Part shown: one piece after another, positions 30,419 to 40,898 of the stretch
How positions within the stretch are numbered: position 1 is the stretch's first letter
Layout of the letters: each line of letters begins with the position of its first letter
NCBI GenBank assembly: GCA_963801605.1
Contig: CAWDFP010000006.1
Span: forward strand, 1,824,001-1,888,000
Direction: 5' to 3'
DNA from: an uncultured candidate division Zixibacteria bacterium
GTDB taxonomy: Bacteria > Zixibacteria > MSB-5A5 > UBA10806
DNA length: 64,000 nt
Translations under genes and position numbers: made by a program
Notes under the pieces: model-generated
Told to the model about the DNA's origin: nothing
The model's input: the letters and a program-made list of their open reading frames with translations, nothing else
Databases searched by the model: none

Positions 30419-30622
30419 ATGCCGAAAATCGAAGTAAATACAGCCAGATGCAAGGGTTGTGAACTTTGCATTCCGGCCTGTCCTAAGGATGTTATTGGAC
30501 TTTCGAAGACCTTTTCCTCTTCCGGATATTATCCGGCCACGATGGTCAAACCGGAGGCCTGCAACGGCTGCAAAAACTGCGCCCTTGTTTGCCCCGATGT
30601 CGCCATCACGGTATACAAATAG
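30419..30622 (+). CDS. 2-oxoacid:ferredoxin oxidoreductase delta (2x4Fe-4S ferredoxin) subunit
   Basis: CKGCELCIPACP and CNGCKNCALVCPD. Confidence 0.92.
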   Translation: MPKIEVNTARCKGCELCIPACPKDVIGLSKTFSSSGYYPATMVKPEACNGCKNCALVCPDVAITVYK

Positions 30623-30634
30623 GAAGGGTTGACG

Positions 30635-31726
30635 ATGGCTGAAAAATTATTCATGAAAGGCAACGAGGCTCTGGCCGAGGGTGCGGTTCGAGCCGGTTGC
30701 CGTTTTTTTGCGGGTTATCCGATCACCCCGCAAAATGAAGTACCTGAATATATGTCATGGAGAATGCCCGAGGTCGGCGGCACCTTCATACAGGCTGAAT
30801 CCGAGGTTTCCGCCATCAACATGCTCTATGGAGCATGCGGCGATGGGGAAAAGAGTAATGACATCATCGTCATCGCCGGGTATCAGCCTCAAGCAGGAGG
30901 GAATCTCGTACTGCGCTTCAGCGGAGCTTCCCGATCTTTTTCGCTAATGTTGTTCGCGGAGGCCCGGGCCTTGGCAATATCGCTCCCTCGCAGGGCGATT
31001 ATTTTCAATCAACCCGAGGCGGCGGGCATGGCGATTATCGCGTGATCGTACTGGCGCCCAAAAGCGTTTCAGAGATCGCTAATTTCCCCAGGCTTTGCTA
31101 TGATCTGGCCTTCAAGTATCGTATCCCGACCATGATTTTGGCCGATGGCATCATCGGCCAGATGATGGAGCCGCTGGAGTTCGATTTCGAACCGGTGGAT
31201 CCCAAATCATTCGGAGCTTCCCAAATGGGCGCTGCGAGGCAGCGGCGGTGCAGAAAGACGAAGAGTCAACTCTTATGATCTTCGCCCCAGCTATATGGAG
31301 AAGTGGAATTTCCGTCTCGAGGAAAAGTATAACCAGATCACCGCCAATGAAATCAGATTCGAAACCAAGAATATCGAAGACGCTGATATCGTTCTGGCAG
31401 CTTATGGCACATCCGCCAGAATCTGCGAAACAGCGTTAACTCTGGGCAGGCGCGAAGGTCTTAAGATAGGTTTGGTTCGTCCGATCACCGTCTGGCCGTT
31501 CCCGACTCAGGTTTATCGGGATCTGGCCAAGCGGGTCAAGAAATTCCTGGTAGTCGAAATGAGCCTTGGGCAGTTTGTCGAGGATGTCCAGCTTTCCGTT
31601 AACGGTAAAGCCGAGATTTATCTTCACAAACGTCCGGCAGGCGCAATTCCCACCGGCGAGGAAGTTTTGGATATCACCAAAAAGATCCTGTCCGGCGATC
31701 AATCCAAGCTTTTTGCAAGGCCGTAG
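30635..31726 (+). CDS. 2-oxoacid:ferredoxin oxidoreductase alpha subunit (Vor/Kor type), several frameshifts
   Basis: [56 protein letters not shown] spread over consecutive frames. Confidence 0.85.
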
Positions 31727-31735
31727 GGAGGAATA

Positions 31736-32503
31736 ATGGAAATAGTATTTTCACAAACGCCCGGTTTGACCGATGTACCGATGCGCTATTGCCCCGGTTG
31801 CGGTCATGGCGTGGTCCATCGCCTGGTGGCCGAGTCCTACACCGAGCTTGGAATGAAAGAGAAGACGATCGGCGTGGCGCCGGTTGGCTGCTCTGTTTTT
31901 GCCGATGAATATTTCAATGTCGATATGATCCAGGGCCCGCACGGCAGAGGACCTGCCATTGCCACCGGCATCAAACGCATTTCGCCGGAATCGCTGGTAT
32001 TTTCTTATCAGGGTGATGGCGACCTGGCATCGATTGGCATGGCCGAGACGATTCATGCTGCCGCCCGTTCGGAGAATATCACGATCATCTTCATCAATAA
32101 CGCTATCTACGGCATGACCGGCGGACAGATGGCCCCCACGACTCTTCTGGGAATGCATTCTACAACCTCGCCGCATGGCCGCACGATAGCTGCTAACGGT
32201 TACCCGATTAGAGTCTGCGAACTTCTGGCTGCGCTCGATGGTCCTGTATTTCTGGAACGCGTATCGGTCGATAAACCCGCCGCGGTGGTCAAAGCCAAAC
32301 GAGCCATCAAGCGGGCTTTCCAATATCAGATCGAAAAGCGCGGTTTCACCATGGTCGAGGTTGTCTCGCAGTGCCCCACCGATTGGGCCATGACACCGGC
32401 GCAAGCGATTGAGCGTGTCCGGAATGAGATGATTCCTTACTTCCCACTGGGCATTTACAAAGAACCGGCTGATGCTAAAGCCGCCAAAGAGGAGAAGGAT
32501 TGA
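31736..32503 (+). CDS. 2-oxoacid:ferredoxin oxidoreductase beta (TPP-binding) subunit
   Basis: YCPGCGH, QGDGDLASIG, NNAIYGMTGGQ, SQCPT. Confidence 0.93.
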   Translation: MEIVFSQTPGLTDVPMRYCPGCGHGVVHRLVAESYTELGMKEKTIGVAPVGCSVFADEYFNVDMIQGPHGRGPAIATGIKRISPESLVFSYQGDGDLASIGMAETIHAAARSENITIIFINNAIYGMTGGQMAPTTLLGMHSTTSPHGRTIAANGYPIRVCELLAALDGPVFLERVSVDKPAAVVKAKRAIKRAFQYQIEKRGFTMVEVVSQCPTDWAMTPAQAIERVRNEMIPYFPLGIYKEPADAKAAKEEKD

Positions 32504-32504
32504 C

Positions 32505-33043
32505 ATGTATCAGGGAATAATAATGGCGGGTTTTGGCGGTCAGGGAATCAGTTTCCGGCGGAATCATGTTAGCTTATACCGGAATGATGGATGGCAAAAA
32601 TGTCACTTTCTTTCCGGCCTATGGCGCTGAAATGCGCGGCGGAACAGCCAACTGCTCAGTGATCATTTCGACCGATCCCGTGGCAGCGCCTGTTGTCGGC
32701 ACGCCCGATGCGGTGCTGATTATGAATGAGCCATCGCTGGCGAAATTTGAACCGGCATGTCAGACCGGGTGGCACGATTTTCTTGAATACCTCGCTGGTT
32801 AATTCTCGTCCCAAGCGCACCGATGTCAAGGTGATCGAGATTAAGGCCAATGAGATCGCCGAGGAGCTTGGCAGTATCAAATGCGCCAATATGGTAATGT
32901 TAGGCGCTTATGCCGCCAAATCCGGCGCGGTCAAGCTCGAAACCTTGAAGGCCAATATCAAGAAGGTTTATCCGCGTGCCAAGGATGCGATGGTTGAAAT
33001 GAATAAGAAGGCTATCGAAAAAGGCGCGGCGGCCATAGCGTAG
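32505..33043 (+). CDS. 2-oxoacid:ferredoxin oxidoreductase gamma subunit, two frameshifts
   Basis: MYQGIIMAGFGGQGI, PAYGAEMRGGTANC and ANMVMLGA in successive frames. Confidence 0.85.
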
Positions 33044-33064
33044 ATTAATCTGATTTAGTTTATT

Positions 33065-33094
33065 AAGGCGATATCGAAAGATGTCGCCTTTTTT
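33065..33094 (+). terminator. Intrinsic terminator of the oxidoreductase operon
   Basis: AAGGCGATATC-gaaa-GATGTCGCCTT followed by TTTT. Confidence 0.85.
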
Positions 33095-33216
33095 ATTTGA
33101 TTGAGTGGATGACAGCCTCATCATGCCTTGTCATCACCTTTATTAATGTTGCTTTTTATCCCCAATCCCTTATAATAATCTTTAGAATAAAAGCTCTCCT
33201 TTAACCGGAGAAAAAA

Positions 33217-35020
33217 ATGAATACTCTCAAATTGTTTTTGCTTTCCATGACTTTATTAATAATGCTTTGTTTTTCCGCCGATGCCGATTACCACTACGCC
33301 TCCCATACCGGCTCCAATACCTACCCTTATACAAGCTGGGAGACGGCAGCGGATAGCATTACCACGGCCATGAATGCCGCCTCTCCTTATGATACTATCT
33401 ATATAGCCTGCCGGAGATTACAATGAGGTTATGAATATGGGGGCTGAAGATTCCTGCATGACCTTTATAGGGGCTGGAATCGATTCCACCCGTTGCTATA
33501 CAAGCATACTCTATGAGATCTGGAATGTGGCCAACCGGACACTGTAGCGGAGAATATCTGGTTTTCACAAACATTCCCCCGCTTTTGCCTCTCGGAGAGG
33601 ACCTGGTTGGCATGAGCTGTATTGCCAGAAACTGTAAGTTTTCGGGAAGCATTGGAGTCTCTGGCGGCGGCGATTCGCTGGTGGTCGAAAACTGCCAATT
33701 TATCGACGAGGAAGGAGCGAGTCGATGCGACCTTCGGAGTCAGAAAGGTAGTATTTAGAAATAACTTATTTTAGGACAAATTTACAAGTTGTACGGCTTT
33801 ATATATCCACTATTCGAAGGCGATTTATTGAAAATAATATCTTTGAAAACACCTCTATTGATCCTTATGGGGAAATCTTTGGCGAATCCACTCCTGCCGA
33901 TACTCTAATATTGAAAAACAATTATATCGATAATTTCTGGGATGTCCCTATATTTATGAGATTCTCTATGCGGAGGTGGCAAACAATACCGCCAGGAGAT
34001 TTGAGCGGGCCAATTGGCTGCCCTCTTCAGCTTTTAAGGTAGCTTTCGGCAGGCCGGGAAGTAATGTAAATTTTCGATAACAACTCCATAAGCGAAGCCA
34101 ATATCGGCATCAAAACGATACTAGATACCATTCCGGAAAATTTAAGTATAAATTATACCGCCTTTTGGAATAATATCGGGGGCAATTTAAATATCAGAAG
34201 ATGGGACTTTGTAGATACAACTGGCAATTTCGATGCCTATCCCATGTATGCAAATCCTGATTCCTTCGATGTTCATCTCCAGGCTTACTCCCCCTTAATT
34301 GATGCTGGAGACCCCAATATTCTGGATGTAGACGGAACCCGCTCTGATATCGGATGCTACGGCGGCCCCGGTGGCTGCAGTTATATTTATCTGGATTTGG
34401 CACCCCAAATACCGGATTCTATCTCAGGCAGGGTAGATTCGAGCAATATCATTTCTCTTACCTGGCGACGAAACTATGAGGCTGATTTTAATAGATATCA
34501 GGTCTTCAGAGATACCTTTCCCGGCTTCTCTCCGTCAGTCTTTAATATGGTGGCAGAACCTGATACTTGCTTGTATCAGGATAGCCTGATTAATCCGGGC
34601 ACATCTTATTACTACCGGCTAACGTCTGTAGATAACCAAAATAATATCTCCGATTACTCGGATGAGGTGGCAGTCAGGCCGGTATCCATAAGGGGCTTTG
34701 ACACGGGAGAGAATCTTCCCAAATACAGCGTTATTACGTCCGCTTATCCTAATCCTTTCAATAATCAGATTACGATTGTATATTGCGCCTCGAACCTTGG
34801 TCCTCAGCCACCCGAAGTTAAACTATATATTTATGATATCCAGGGCAGAGTTGTTAGAACCTTGGTGGATGAGCATAAGCCGGTCGGCACCTATCGCGTG
34901 GTTTGGGACGGTAAAGACGATAGGGGAGAACCTGTAGCCAGTGGGAGCTATCTTGCCAGGGTATCCCAATGGGGCATGAGCGGCGGAGATTTCCCGATCA
35001 AGATAACGCTGGTGAAATAA
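33217..35020 (+). pseudogene. Secreted beta-helix-like/FN3-like protein with FlgD/T9SS-type C-terminal domain; 5' half multiply frameshifted (pseudogene or local sequencing errors)
   Basis: Signal peptide and GSNTYPYTSWETAA start; fragments in shifting frames; intact 3' ORF 34244..35020 with SPLIDAGDP..DGTRSDIG.YGG and AYPNPFN...KITLVK. Confidence 0.7.
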
Positions 35021-35042
35021 ATAGAATAAGGCGGCAGACGGG

Positions 35043-35076
35043 GCATCAGGATGTCGGAAACCTTCCATCCTGATGC
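35043..35076. terminator. Hairpin between convergent genes
   Basis: GCATCAGGATG/CATCCTGATGC 11-bp stem. Confidence 0.55.
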
Positions 35077-35089
35077 ATACGGAATAGTT

Positions 35090-36124
35090 TTAAATACTGG
35101 TTTTCCGGCGTGCTTTATAAAAAAGCAAGATATGCAAACTCACCAAAAGCATGCCCACGTCCTCGATTATCCTGAGTATCAAATCTGATTTGACTGCCGC
35201 CGCGGTGGAGAAACATCCGCAGGAGATATTGATACCACGTGAGGCGGTAATAGCTAACATCCCGATATACATAATAAGCATCCCGCCGATAACGAGATCC
35301 GATCCGCGCACTCTATAGCCGATTATGAGCAAAGCGCCGGCCAGAAATTCAATCCACGGTAAAATAACCGCGGGGATATTTATTAGTGACGGTCCCACCA
35401 AGCGGTAATTGTGAATAATCTGGGCAAAGGGGACAGGATTGAAAATCTTATCGTAACTGGCAAAGATAAACAGCCCGCCCAGGATCAGGCGAGAGATAAA
35501 TACTATTTTCGATTCCCTAATCGAGCCTTTACGCGCCAAAGCAAATACCAGCACGAATAAAATATAAGCCGCCAATAATACTGGTATAATAATTCCTATC
35601 AAATCGCTTGAATTCTTTGGAGCCTCGGATGTCTCAATCGGCATACCGGCATCTCTCCACTTTTCCCAGCCGCCAAAAAATGTATATACTTTTGGATATC
35701 CGTTTTCTTTGAGTTGGCGAGCCAGGAAAAGAGATAGCTCACAATCGAGGCCTCCGCAATAAGCCACCATCTCCTTTTGCGGGTCAAGTGTCGGTTTTAT
35801 GGAATCCCAATAACTATCCCATTCCTCGAATGGAAAATTAATGGCGTCCTTTATATGACCATCGTCATAATCAACCGGCTCTCTGGCATCGAGAAAAATA
35901 GCCTTGTTTTTCGTATAAAGGTTATAGGCGTCGCTTAACGAAAGGAGTGAATCGCCGGGCTGGTACGATGGCGGAATTTCGATGACTCCGCTGATTTTCC
36001 TATTGTCGGTCCACTTGGTGTTTAAGGCCAATCCGCCGCCTGAGGTATTTCGCACAAAATTGATAACGAGTCCCAGGGCGGACGCAACCAAAACGATGAT
36101 AATGCCGTCTCTTATTGCTTTCAT
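35090..36124 (-). CDS. Rhodanese domain + DoxX/MauE membrane domain fusion
   Basis: FLDARE..YDDGHI, YCGGLDCELS, GGWEKW; then SRLILG, LPWIE, INISCGCF. Confidence 0.85.
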   Translation of the reverse strand: MKAIRDGIIIVLVASALGLVINFVRNTSGGGLALNTKWTDNRKISGVIEIPPSYQPGDSLLSLSDAYNLYTKNKAIFLDAREPVDYDDGHIKDAINFPFEEWDSYWDSIKPTLDPQKEMVAYCGGLDCELSLFLARQLKENGYPKVYTFFGGWEKWRDAGMPIETSEAPKNSSDLIGIIIPVLLAAYILFVLVFALARKGSIRESKIVFISRLILGGLFIFASYDKIFNPVPFAQIIHNYRLVGPSLINIPAVILPWIEFLAGALLIIGYRVRGSDLVIGGMLIMYIGMLAITASRGINISCGCFSTAAAVKSDLILRIIEDVGMLLVSLHILLFYKARRKTSI

Positions 36125-36256
36125 AAAAATAAGATATTTTGGGACGGTTAAAAGTCAAGCAAAACCGATGATACACCTCGTTATTGTAAAAGGAATTAAG
36201 AAGAATTCGATTGACTTTTCACACTCAAATACTAAATTTTGCTACTTAGAGAAGAT

Positions 36257-36763
36257 ATGCTTTACAAGCAGGTGCTGGTTCTAAACCAGAATTTCGAGCC
36301 GGTTTCCGTTTGTAGCGTAAAGCGCGCCGTGATAATGCTTTATCTCGGCAAGGCGGAAATCATTGAAACAGCGGATGGCCATGTGCTACGTTCCCGTTTC
36401 TCCCAGATTCCTGTTCCCTCGGTTATCAAGCTTGAGTTTTACGTCAAGGTACCCGTTAAGCGGATCATGCTTACCCGCAAAAACATCATTAAGCGTGATG
36501 GCGGCAGATGTCAATATTGCGGCAAAAAGAAAGCACAGATGACTGTCGATCATGTCGTCCCCAAAATCTATGGCGGCGCCGATACCTGGGAAAATCTGGT
36601 TTGCGCCTGTCTGGAATGCAATAATAAAAAGGGATACCATACACCGGAGCAAATCGGTCTCAAACTCACCCGCAGGCCGCGTCGCCCGAATCATATCACT
36701 TTTATCCAGCAGTTCATCGGTGTTAGCGATCATCGTTGGCGTCAATATCTTTTCATGGATTAA
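36257..36763 (+). CDS. HNH endonuclease family protein
   Basis: VLVLNQNFEP, PSVIKL, RDGGRCQYCG, TVDHVVP, WENLVCACLECNNKKG. Confidence 0.9.
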   Translation: MLYKQVLVLNQNFEPVSVCSVKRAVIMLYLGKAEIIETADGHVLRSRFSQIPVPSVIKLEFYVKVPVKRIMLTRKNIIKRDGGRCQYCGKKKAQMTVDHVVPKIYGGADTWENLVCACLECNNKKGYHTPEQIGLKLTRRPRRPNHITFIQQFIGVSDHRWRQYLFMD

Positions 36764-36887
36764 CAGCGGCAGGGTAGAAGCAACTACAACCTCAACCTCG
36801 TCGCTTAGCAAATAAAGATTTAGAAATTTGTGGAGCCTTAAAATAGGCTCTTAAACAAAACGGTCAGATAAGATCGACAATGGAGGC

Positions 36888-37877
36888 TTGTTGAATTCGA
36901 AACCTGTAATACTTTCCGGCATGCAGCCTACCGGGCAGCTTCATCTAGGTAATTACGAAGGAGCCTTGAAAAACTGGGTTTCGCTTCAGGATAAATACCA
37001 GATGTATCTTTGCGTCGTCGACTGGCATGCTCTGACATCGGATTTCAATGATACTGCCCCGATGCAGGATAGGATATTTCAAACTGCAGTGGACTATCTG
37101 GCAGCCGGGCTTGATCCGGAAAAGTGTGCAATTTTTGTGCAATCGGATGTTAAGGAACATGCGGAGTTGCATCTGCTATTATCGATGATTACCCCGACTC
37201 CCTGGCTGGAGCGGGTGCCATCATATAAAGAAAAAGTTGAATCGCTGAGGCTGGATAGTTATGGCTTTCTGGGATATCCTTTATTGATGGCCGCTGATAT
37301 CCTCCTTTATAAAGCTAACGCTGTTCCGGTTGGGAAAGACCAGTTGCCTCATATCGAGCTGACGAGAGAAGTGCTGCGTCGATTTAATTCTCTTTATGGT
37401 CCACTATTCCCGGAGCCGGAAGGGCTTATGGCGGAGTTTCCGGTTATTCCCGGAATCGACGGCCGCAAGATGAGCAAATCGTATGGAAACGATATTCGTT
37501 TGGCGGATTCCGATGAGGATACGATCAAAAAAGTCAAAAAAATGCTTACCGATCCCCAGAAAATTCGCCGAGGCGACCCTGGCAGGCCCGATATTTGTCC
37601 AGTATTTTCGCTGCACAAAGTTTACAATCCGGATTATAAAGATATCGAGAGCGGGTGTATGTCGGGTGCTCTGGGCTGCGTAGACTGCAAAATGAAACTT
37701 GCCGGATTCCTTAACGAAAGCCTGAGACCCCTCAGGGAGCGAAGAAAAGAGCTTGTAAATAATAAAAAGTATGTTATAAATATACTGGACGGGGGCGCCG
37801 AGCGGGCCAGGCAAAGGGCCGCTAATACTATGAATGATGTCAGGGAGGCTATGCATTTGAAGAGGTTAGATGTCTGA
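36888..37877 (+). CDS. trpS: Tryptophanyl-tRNA synthetase
   Basis: SGMQPTG.LHLGNY, YPLLMAADI, VGKDQ, KMSKS. Confidence 0.97.
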   Translation: MLNSKPVILSGMQPTGQLHLGNYEGALKNWVSLQDKYQMYLCVVDWHALTSDFNDTAPMQDRIFQTAVDYLAAGLDPEKCAIFVQSDVKEHAELHLLLSMITPTPWLERVPSYKEKVESLRLDSYGFLGYPLLMAADILLYKANAVPVGKDQLPHIELTREVLRRFNSLYGPLFPEPEGLMAEFPVIPGIDGRKMSKSYGNDIRLADSDEDTIKKVKKMLTDPQKIRRGDPGRPDICPVFSLHKVYNPDYKDIESGCMSGALGCVDCKMKLAGFLNESLRPLRERRKELVNNKKYVINILDGGAERARQRAANTMNDVREAMHLKRLDV

Positions 37878-38631
37878 AACGCTGACATTTCCCGCCGCTG
37901 ACCTGGTGTTTGAGCTTGAGGCGTTCGATGGTCCTCTCGATTTACTTCTTTACCTGATTCGAAAAGAAGAAGTCGATATATACGATATTCCGATTGCCGA
38001 GATTACTAAGCAATATCTGAGTTATTTAGAAGCCTGCCGCGAATTGAATTTGGAGGTCGCCGGAGAATTCCTCTATATGGCGGCTATGCTCATTCGAATC
38101 AAGGCGCAAATGCTTATGCCGCGGCCCGAATCCGAAGAGGAGCTCGATGATCCCCGTTCCGAACTGGTTAACGCTCTTCTTGAATACAAGCGTATCAAGC
38201 AGGCCTCGGCGATGCTGGATGAAATGGCGCAGGAGCAGATGCGGCGCTATCCTCGGCTGGATTCTCCCGTAGCCGATCTCCCCAAACCTGAACCTGAACT
38301 TGTGAGAGTCGATATTGCCAGCCTGATGATCGCATTTGGTGATCTGCTTAGACGGGCGCCGCGGGAAACGCAGTATGAAATCAGGCCCTTGGAAATTACA
38401 ATCGATATGCGCAAAGATCATATCATGGCGCTGCTCGAAACTAAGAGCTCATTTGAATTTGAGGAGTTGTTTCTGGATGATCCCCGGAAAATTGTGTTGG
38501 TAGTCACATTCATGGCGATCCTGGAACTTATTAAATCGGGAATATTAAGAGTTGAACAGGCGACTTGTTATTCTCCTATCAGGCTTTTTAGGGGAGAGCT
38601 TGAGGCCGTCATACCAACGGAGAGCAATTGA
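37870..38631 (+). CDS. scpA: Segregation/condensation protein A
   Basis: FDGPLDLLLYLI, IPIAEIT.QY, DPRSELV, TFMAILEL. Confidence 0.95.
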   Translation: MSETLTFPAADLVFELEAFDGPLDLLLYLIRKEEVDIYDIPIAEITKQYLSYLEACRELNLEVAGEFLYMAAMLIRIKAQMLMPRPESEEELDDPRSELVNALLEYKRIKQASAMLDEMAQEQMRRYPRLDSPVADLPKPEPELVRVDIASLMIAFGDLLRRAPRETQYEIRPLEITIDMRKDHIMALLETKSSFEFEELFLDDPRKIVLVVTFMAILELIKSGILRVEQATCYSPIRLFRGELEAVIPTESN

Positions 38632-40244
38632 AACTTCTAACTCTTATAATTGCGCTGTGTATTTATCCGCTTAGCCAGAGTCTGGCATGTAATACTACTG
38701 ATATACTCGAAAGGTGGAAAGCTGGCGGAGCACCAGCATTACAGCCGTCAGTTGGCAGACCGTACACCCAGGTGAATTGGATCACTCCCGATCACAGATT
38801 TCATATTCATTACGATACTACCGGCGATAATGCGGTATATAATCATCAAGAGGATATCAATCCAATGGATGGTGTCCCGGATTATGTCAATCGAACCGCG
38901 GATTATCTGGCCATGAGTTATGACACCCTGGTGACACTACTCGGATTTGATCCTCCGCCATTTGACGGCGGCGAAGGTGGCGATTCTCTATATGATATTT
39001 ATTTGACTAACGATCTGGGATCGACAACTCCGGAGACTCCGTCTACTCAATACCCCGGGAGACCGGCCTTCTCATCATATATACAACTCGGGCACGATTT
39101 AAGATATCCGGCGCGCTACGGCAATGATCCGTATCCATTTTTAAAAATCTCGGTAGCTCACGAGTATTTCCATGCCATCGAATTTGCCTACCGGGCTATG
39201 TCATCTGATTCGACATTCTGGTGGTTTGAGTCCTGCGCCAAGTGGGCGGAAGAGCGCGTCTTCGATAATATCAATGATGCGTACTATAGCATTGGCGATT
39301 ACTTCTCCAGGCCTAACAGGTCTCTTTACAATACCGAAGGCGCATTTTTGTATGGCACCTGGCTATGGCCGGAATATCTCGATGAGCGATTTGGCTCGGG
39401 TTTTATCATTCACTGCTGGCAGGAATTTGCCAATTTTAATTTTGCCATTACAGCCATTAATTATGCTCTTCATGACGAAAATTCAACGATTAACGATGAG
39501 TACTGCCAGCATGTCGTTTGGAATTACTTTACGGGAAGCAACTATCGCGAGGGTTTCTATAATGAAGGCGGCGATTTCGATACTACTGTTTATCTGGCGC
39601 GGTCACATACCAGCTATCCGGTAGATTGGACGTTCGCGCCGGTTCCGCTCCAGAATATGTCAGCATCTTACATTGTTTTTAAACGCTATGACGATCTTAA
39701 GTCAAACTTGATTATCGAATATCGCAATAATACTGAGGATAACCAGGCGGTGTGTATAGCCGTTGTTAAGCCCGGTTTTCCGGTTCAATTTAACTTATAT
39801 TATATTCAAACGATCGTACCTCAATCCTTTACTATCCGCGATTTCAGTAGGAATGATAAAGTGGTCATGATGCCGATCTGGACTTATGAAAGTAATCCCA
39901 AGGAATATTTATCGACTTATTTTTATCGGGCCTTTTTGCGAGATTCGATAACTGCAATTTCAGAAAACGATAAGCCAATTCAGGATTATGCTCTCGATGG
40001 CGCTTATCCCAATCCCTTCAACGGTGCGGTTACTATTACATTCGACGCCCCCGTTTCGAAGCCGTATACAATTCACATTTACGATATCCTCGGGCGGCCT
40101 GTCATGTCGCGCGACGACGTTTCCCGCGAGGGAATTAACACCTTCAACTGGCTGGCGCCTGCCGATCTTTCAAGCGGGGTTCTTTTCTATGTGATCGATT
40201 TCGGTCAGAAAAGGCTTGACGGTAAAATGTCGCTATTAAAATAG
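38628..40244 (+). CDS. Secreted zinc metalloprotease (MXAN_6640-like) with T9SS-type C-terminal domain
   Basis: Signal peptide, FHIHY, DGVPDYV, VAHEYFHAIE, WWFESCAKW, AYPNPFN...GKMSLLK. Confidence 0.8.
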   Translation: MKLLTLIIALCIYPLSQSLACNTTDILERWKAGGAPALQPSVGRPYTQVNWITPDHRFHIHYDTTGDNAVYNHQEDINPMDGVPDYVNRTADYLAMSYDTLVTLLGFDPPPFDGGEGGDSLYDIYLTNDLGSTTPETPSTQYPGRPAFSSYIQLGHDLRYPARYGNDPYPFLKISVAHEYFHAIEFAYRAMSSDSTFWWFESCAKWAEERVFDNINDAYYSIGDYFSRPNRSLYNTEGAFLYGTWLWPEYLDERFGSGFIIHCWQEFANFNFAITAINYALHDENSTINDEYCQHVVWNYFTGSNYREGFYNEGGDFDTTVYLARSHTSYPVDWTFAPVPLQNMSASYIVFKRYDDLKSNLIIEYRNNTEDNQAVCIAVVKPGFPVQFNLYYIQTIVPQSFTIRDFSRNDKVVMMPIWTYESNPKEYLSTYFYRAFLRDSITAISENDKPIQDYALDGAYPNPFNGAVTITFDAPVSKPYTIHIYDILGRPVMSRDDVSREGINTFNWLAPADLSSGVLFYVIDFGQKRLDGKMSLLK

Positions 40245-40253
40245 GAGAATTCT

Positions 40254-40898
40254 TTGGACGGCGAATTCGAAAATTCCATAGATATCGAAGCTACTAATCT
40301 GCGAGTACCGGAATATTCCGAACAAATAACAGATACGGCGGTTGAGGCCTTGCTGTTCGCATCACCGAACCCTCTTACCGAAAATCAACTGGCGCGCCTG
40401 ATTGGAAAAGACAAGCGCCATATTCCTTTAATTGTCGACAGGCTGAACGTCAGCTATATCCAGTGGGGAAGATCATTTCGAATCGAAAGATTCGGAGATA
40501 GCTATAGAATTTATACTCTTCCCGAATATGATAAGTATATCAGCCGCCTGGCAGATATGCCTCGTCCGGCCAAGCTATCGCGGGCCGCGCTTGAGGTACT
40601 GGCCATAGTAGCCTACAGGCAGCCAATCGTTAAATCCGAAATCGAAAAGATCCGCGGAATTGATTCTGACGGCGTTATCAGGACGCTTCTGGAGCGCGGC
40701 TTCCTTACGATTGCCGGTAAATCTGATGCTCTCGGACGACCGCTCCTTTATAAAACTACTCAGGATTTCTTGGAATTTTTTGGGATCTCCGATCTTTCGG
40801 AACTTCCCGAGGTGACTGTTCCCGAAATTGAGCTGCCTCGAAATCTTACCCTCATAAGACCCCCGGAGGAGTCGGTTAGCGCCGATGAGGCTGAATAA
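40254..40898 (+). CDS. scpB: Segregation/condensation protein B
   Basis: VEALLFAS, LSRAALEVLAIVAYRQP, IRGI, GRPLLYKTT..FL..FG. Confidence 0.95.
   Translation: MDGEFENSIDIEATNLRVPEYSEQITDTAVEALLFASPNPLTENQLARLIGKDKRHIPLIVDRLNVSYIQWGRSFRIERFGDSYRIYTLPEYDKYISRLADMPRPAKLSRAALEVLAIVAYRQPIVKSEIEKIRGIDSDGVIRTLLERGFLTIAGKSDALGRPLLYKTTQDFLEFFGISDLSELPEVTVPEIELPRNLTLIRPPEESVSADEAE

Noticed and set aside
31751..32506. Long antisense ORFs (also 19593..20159, 56651..57265, 25910..26464)
   Set aside because: Shadows of well-supported genes on the opposite strand, with no recognisable motifs
36257..36763. HNH as defence or homing system
   Set aside because: Stand-alone widespread type, with no methylase, ATPase, intron or array nearby
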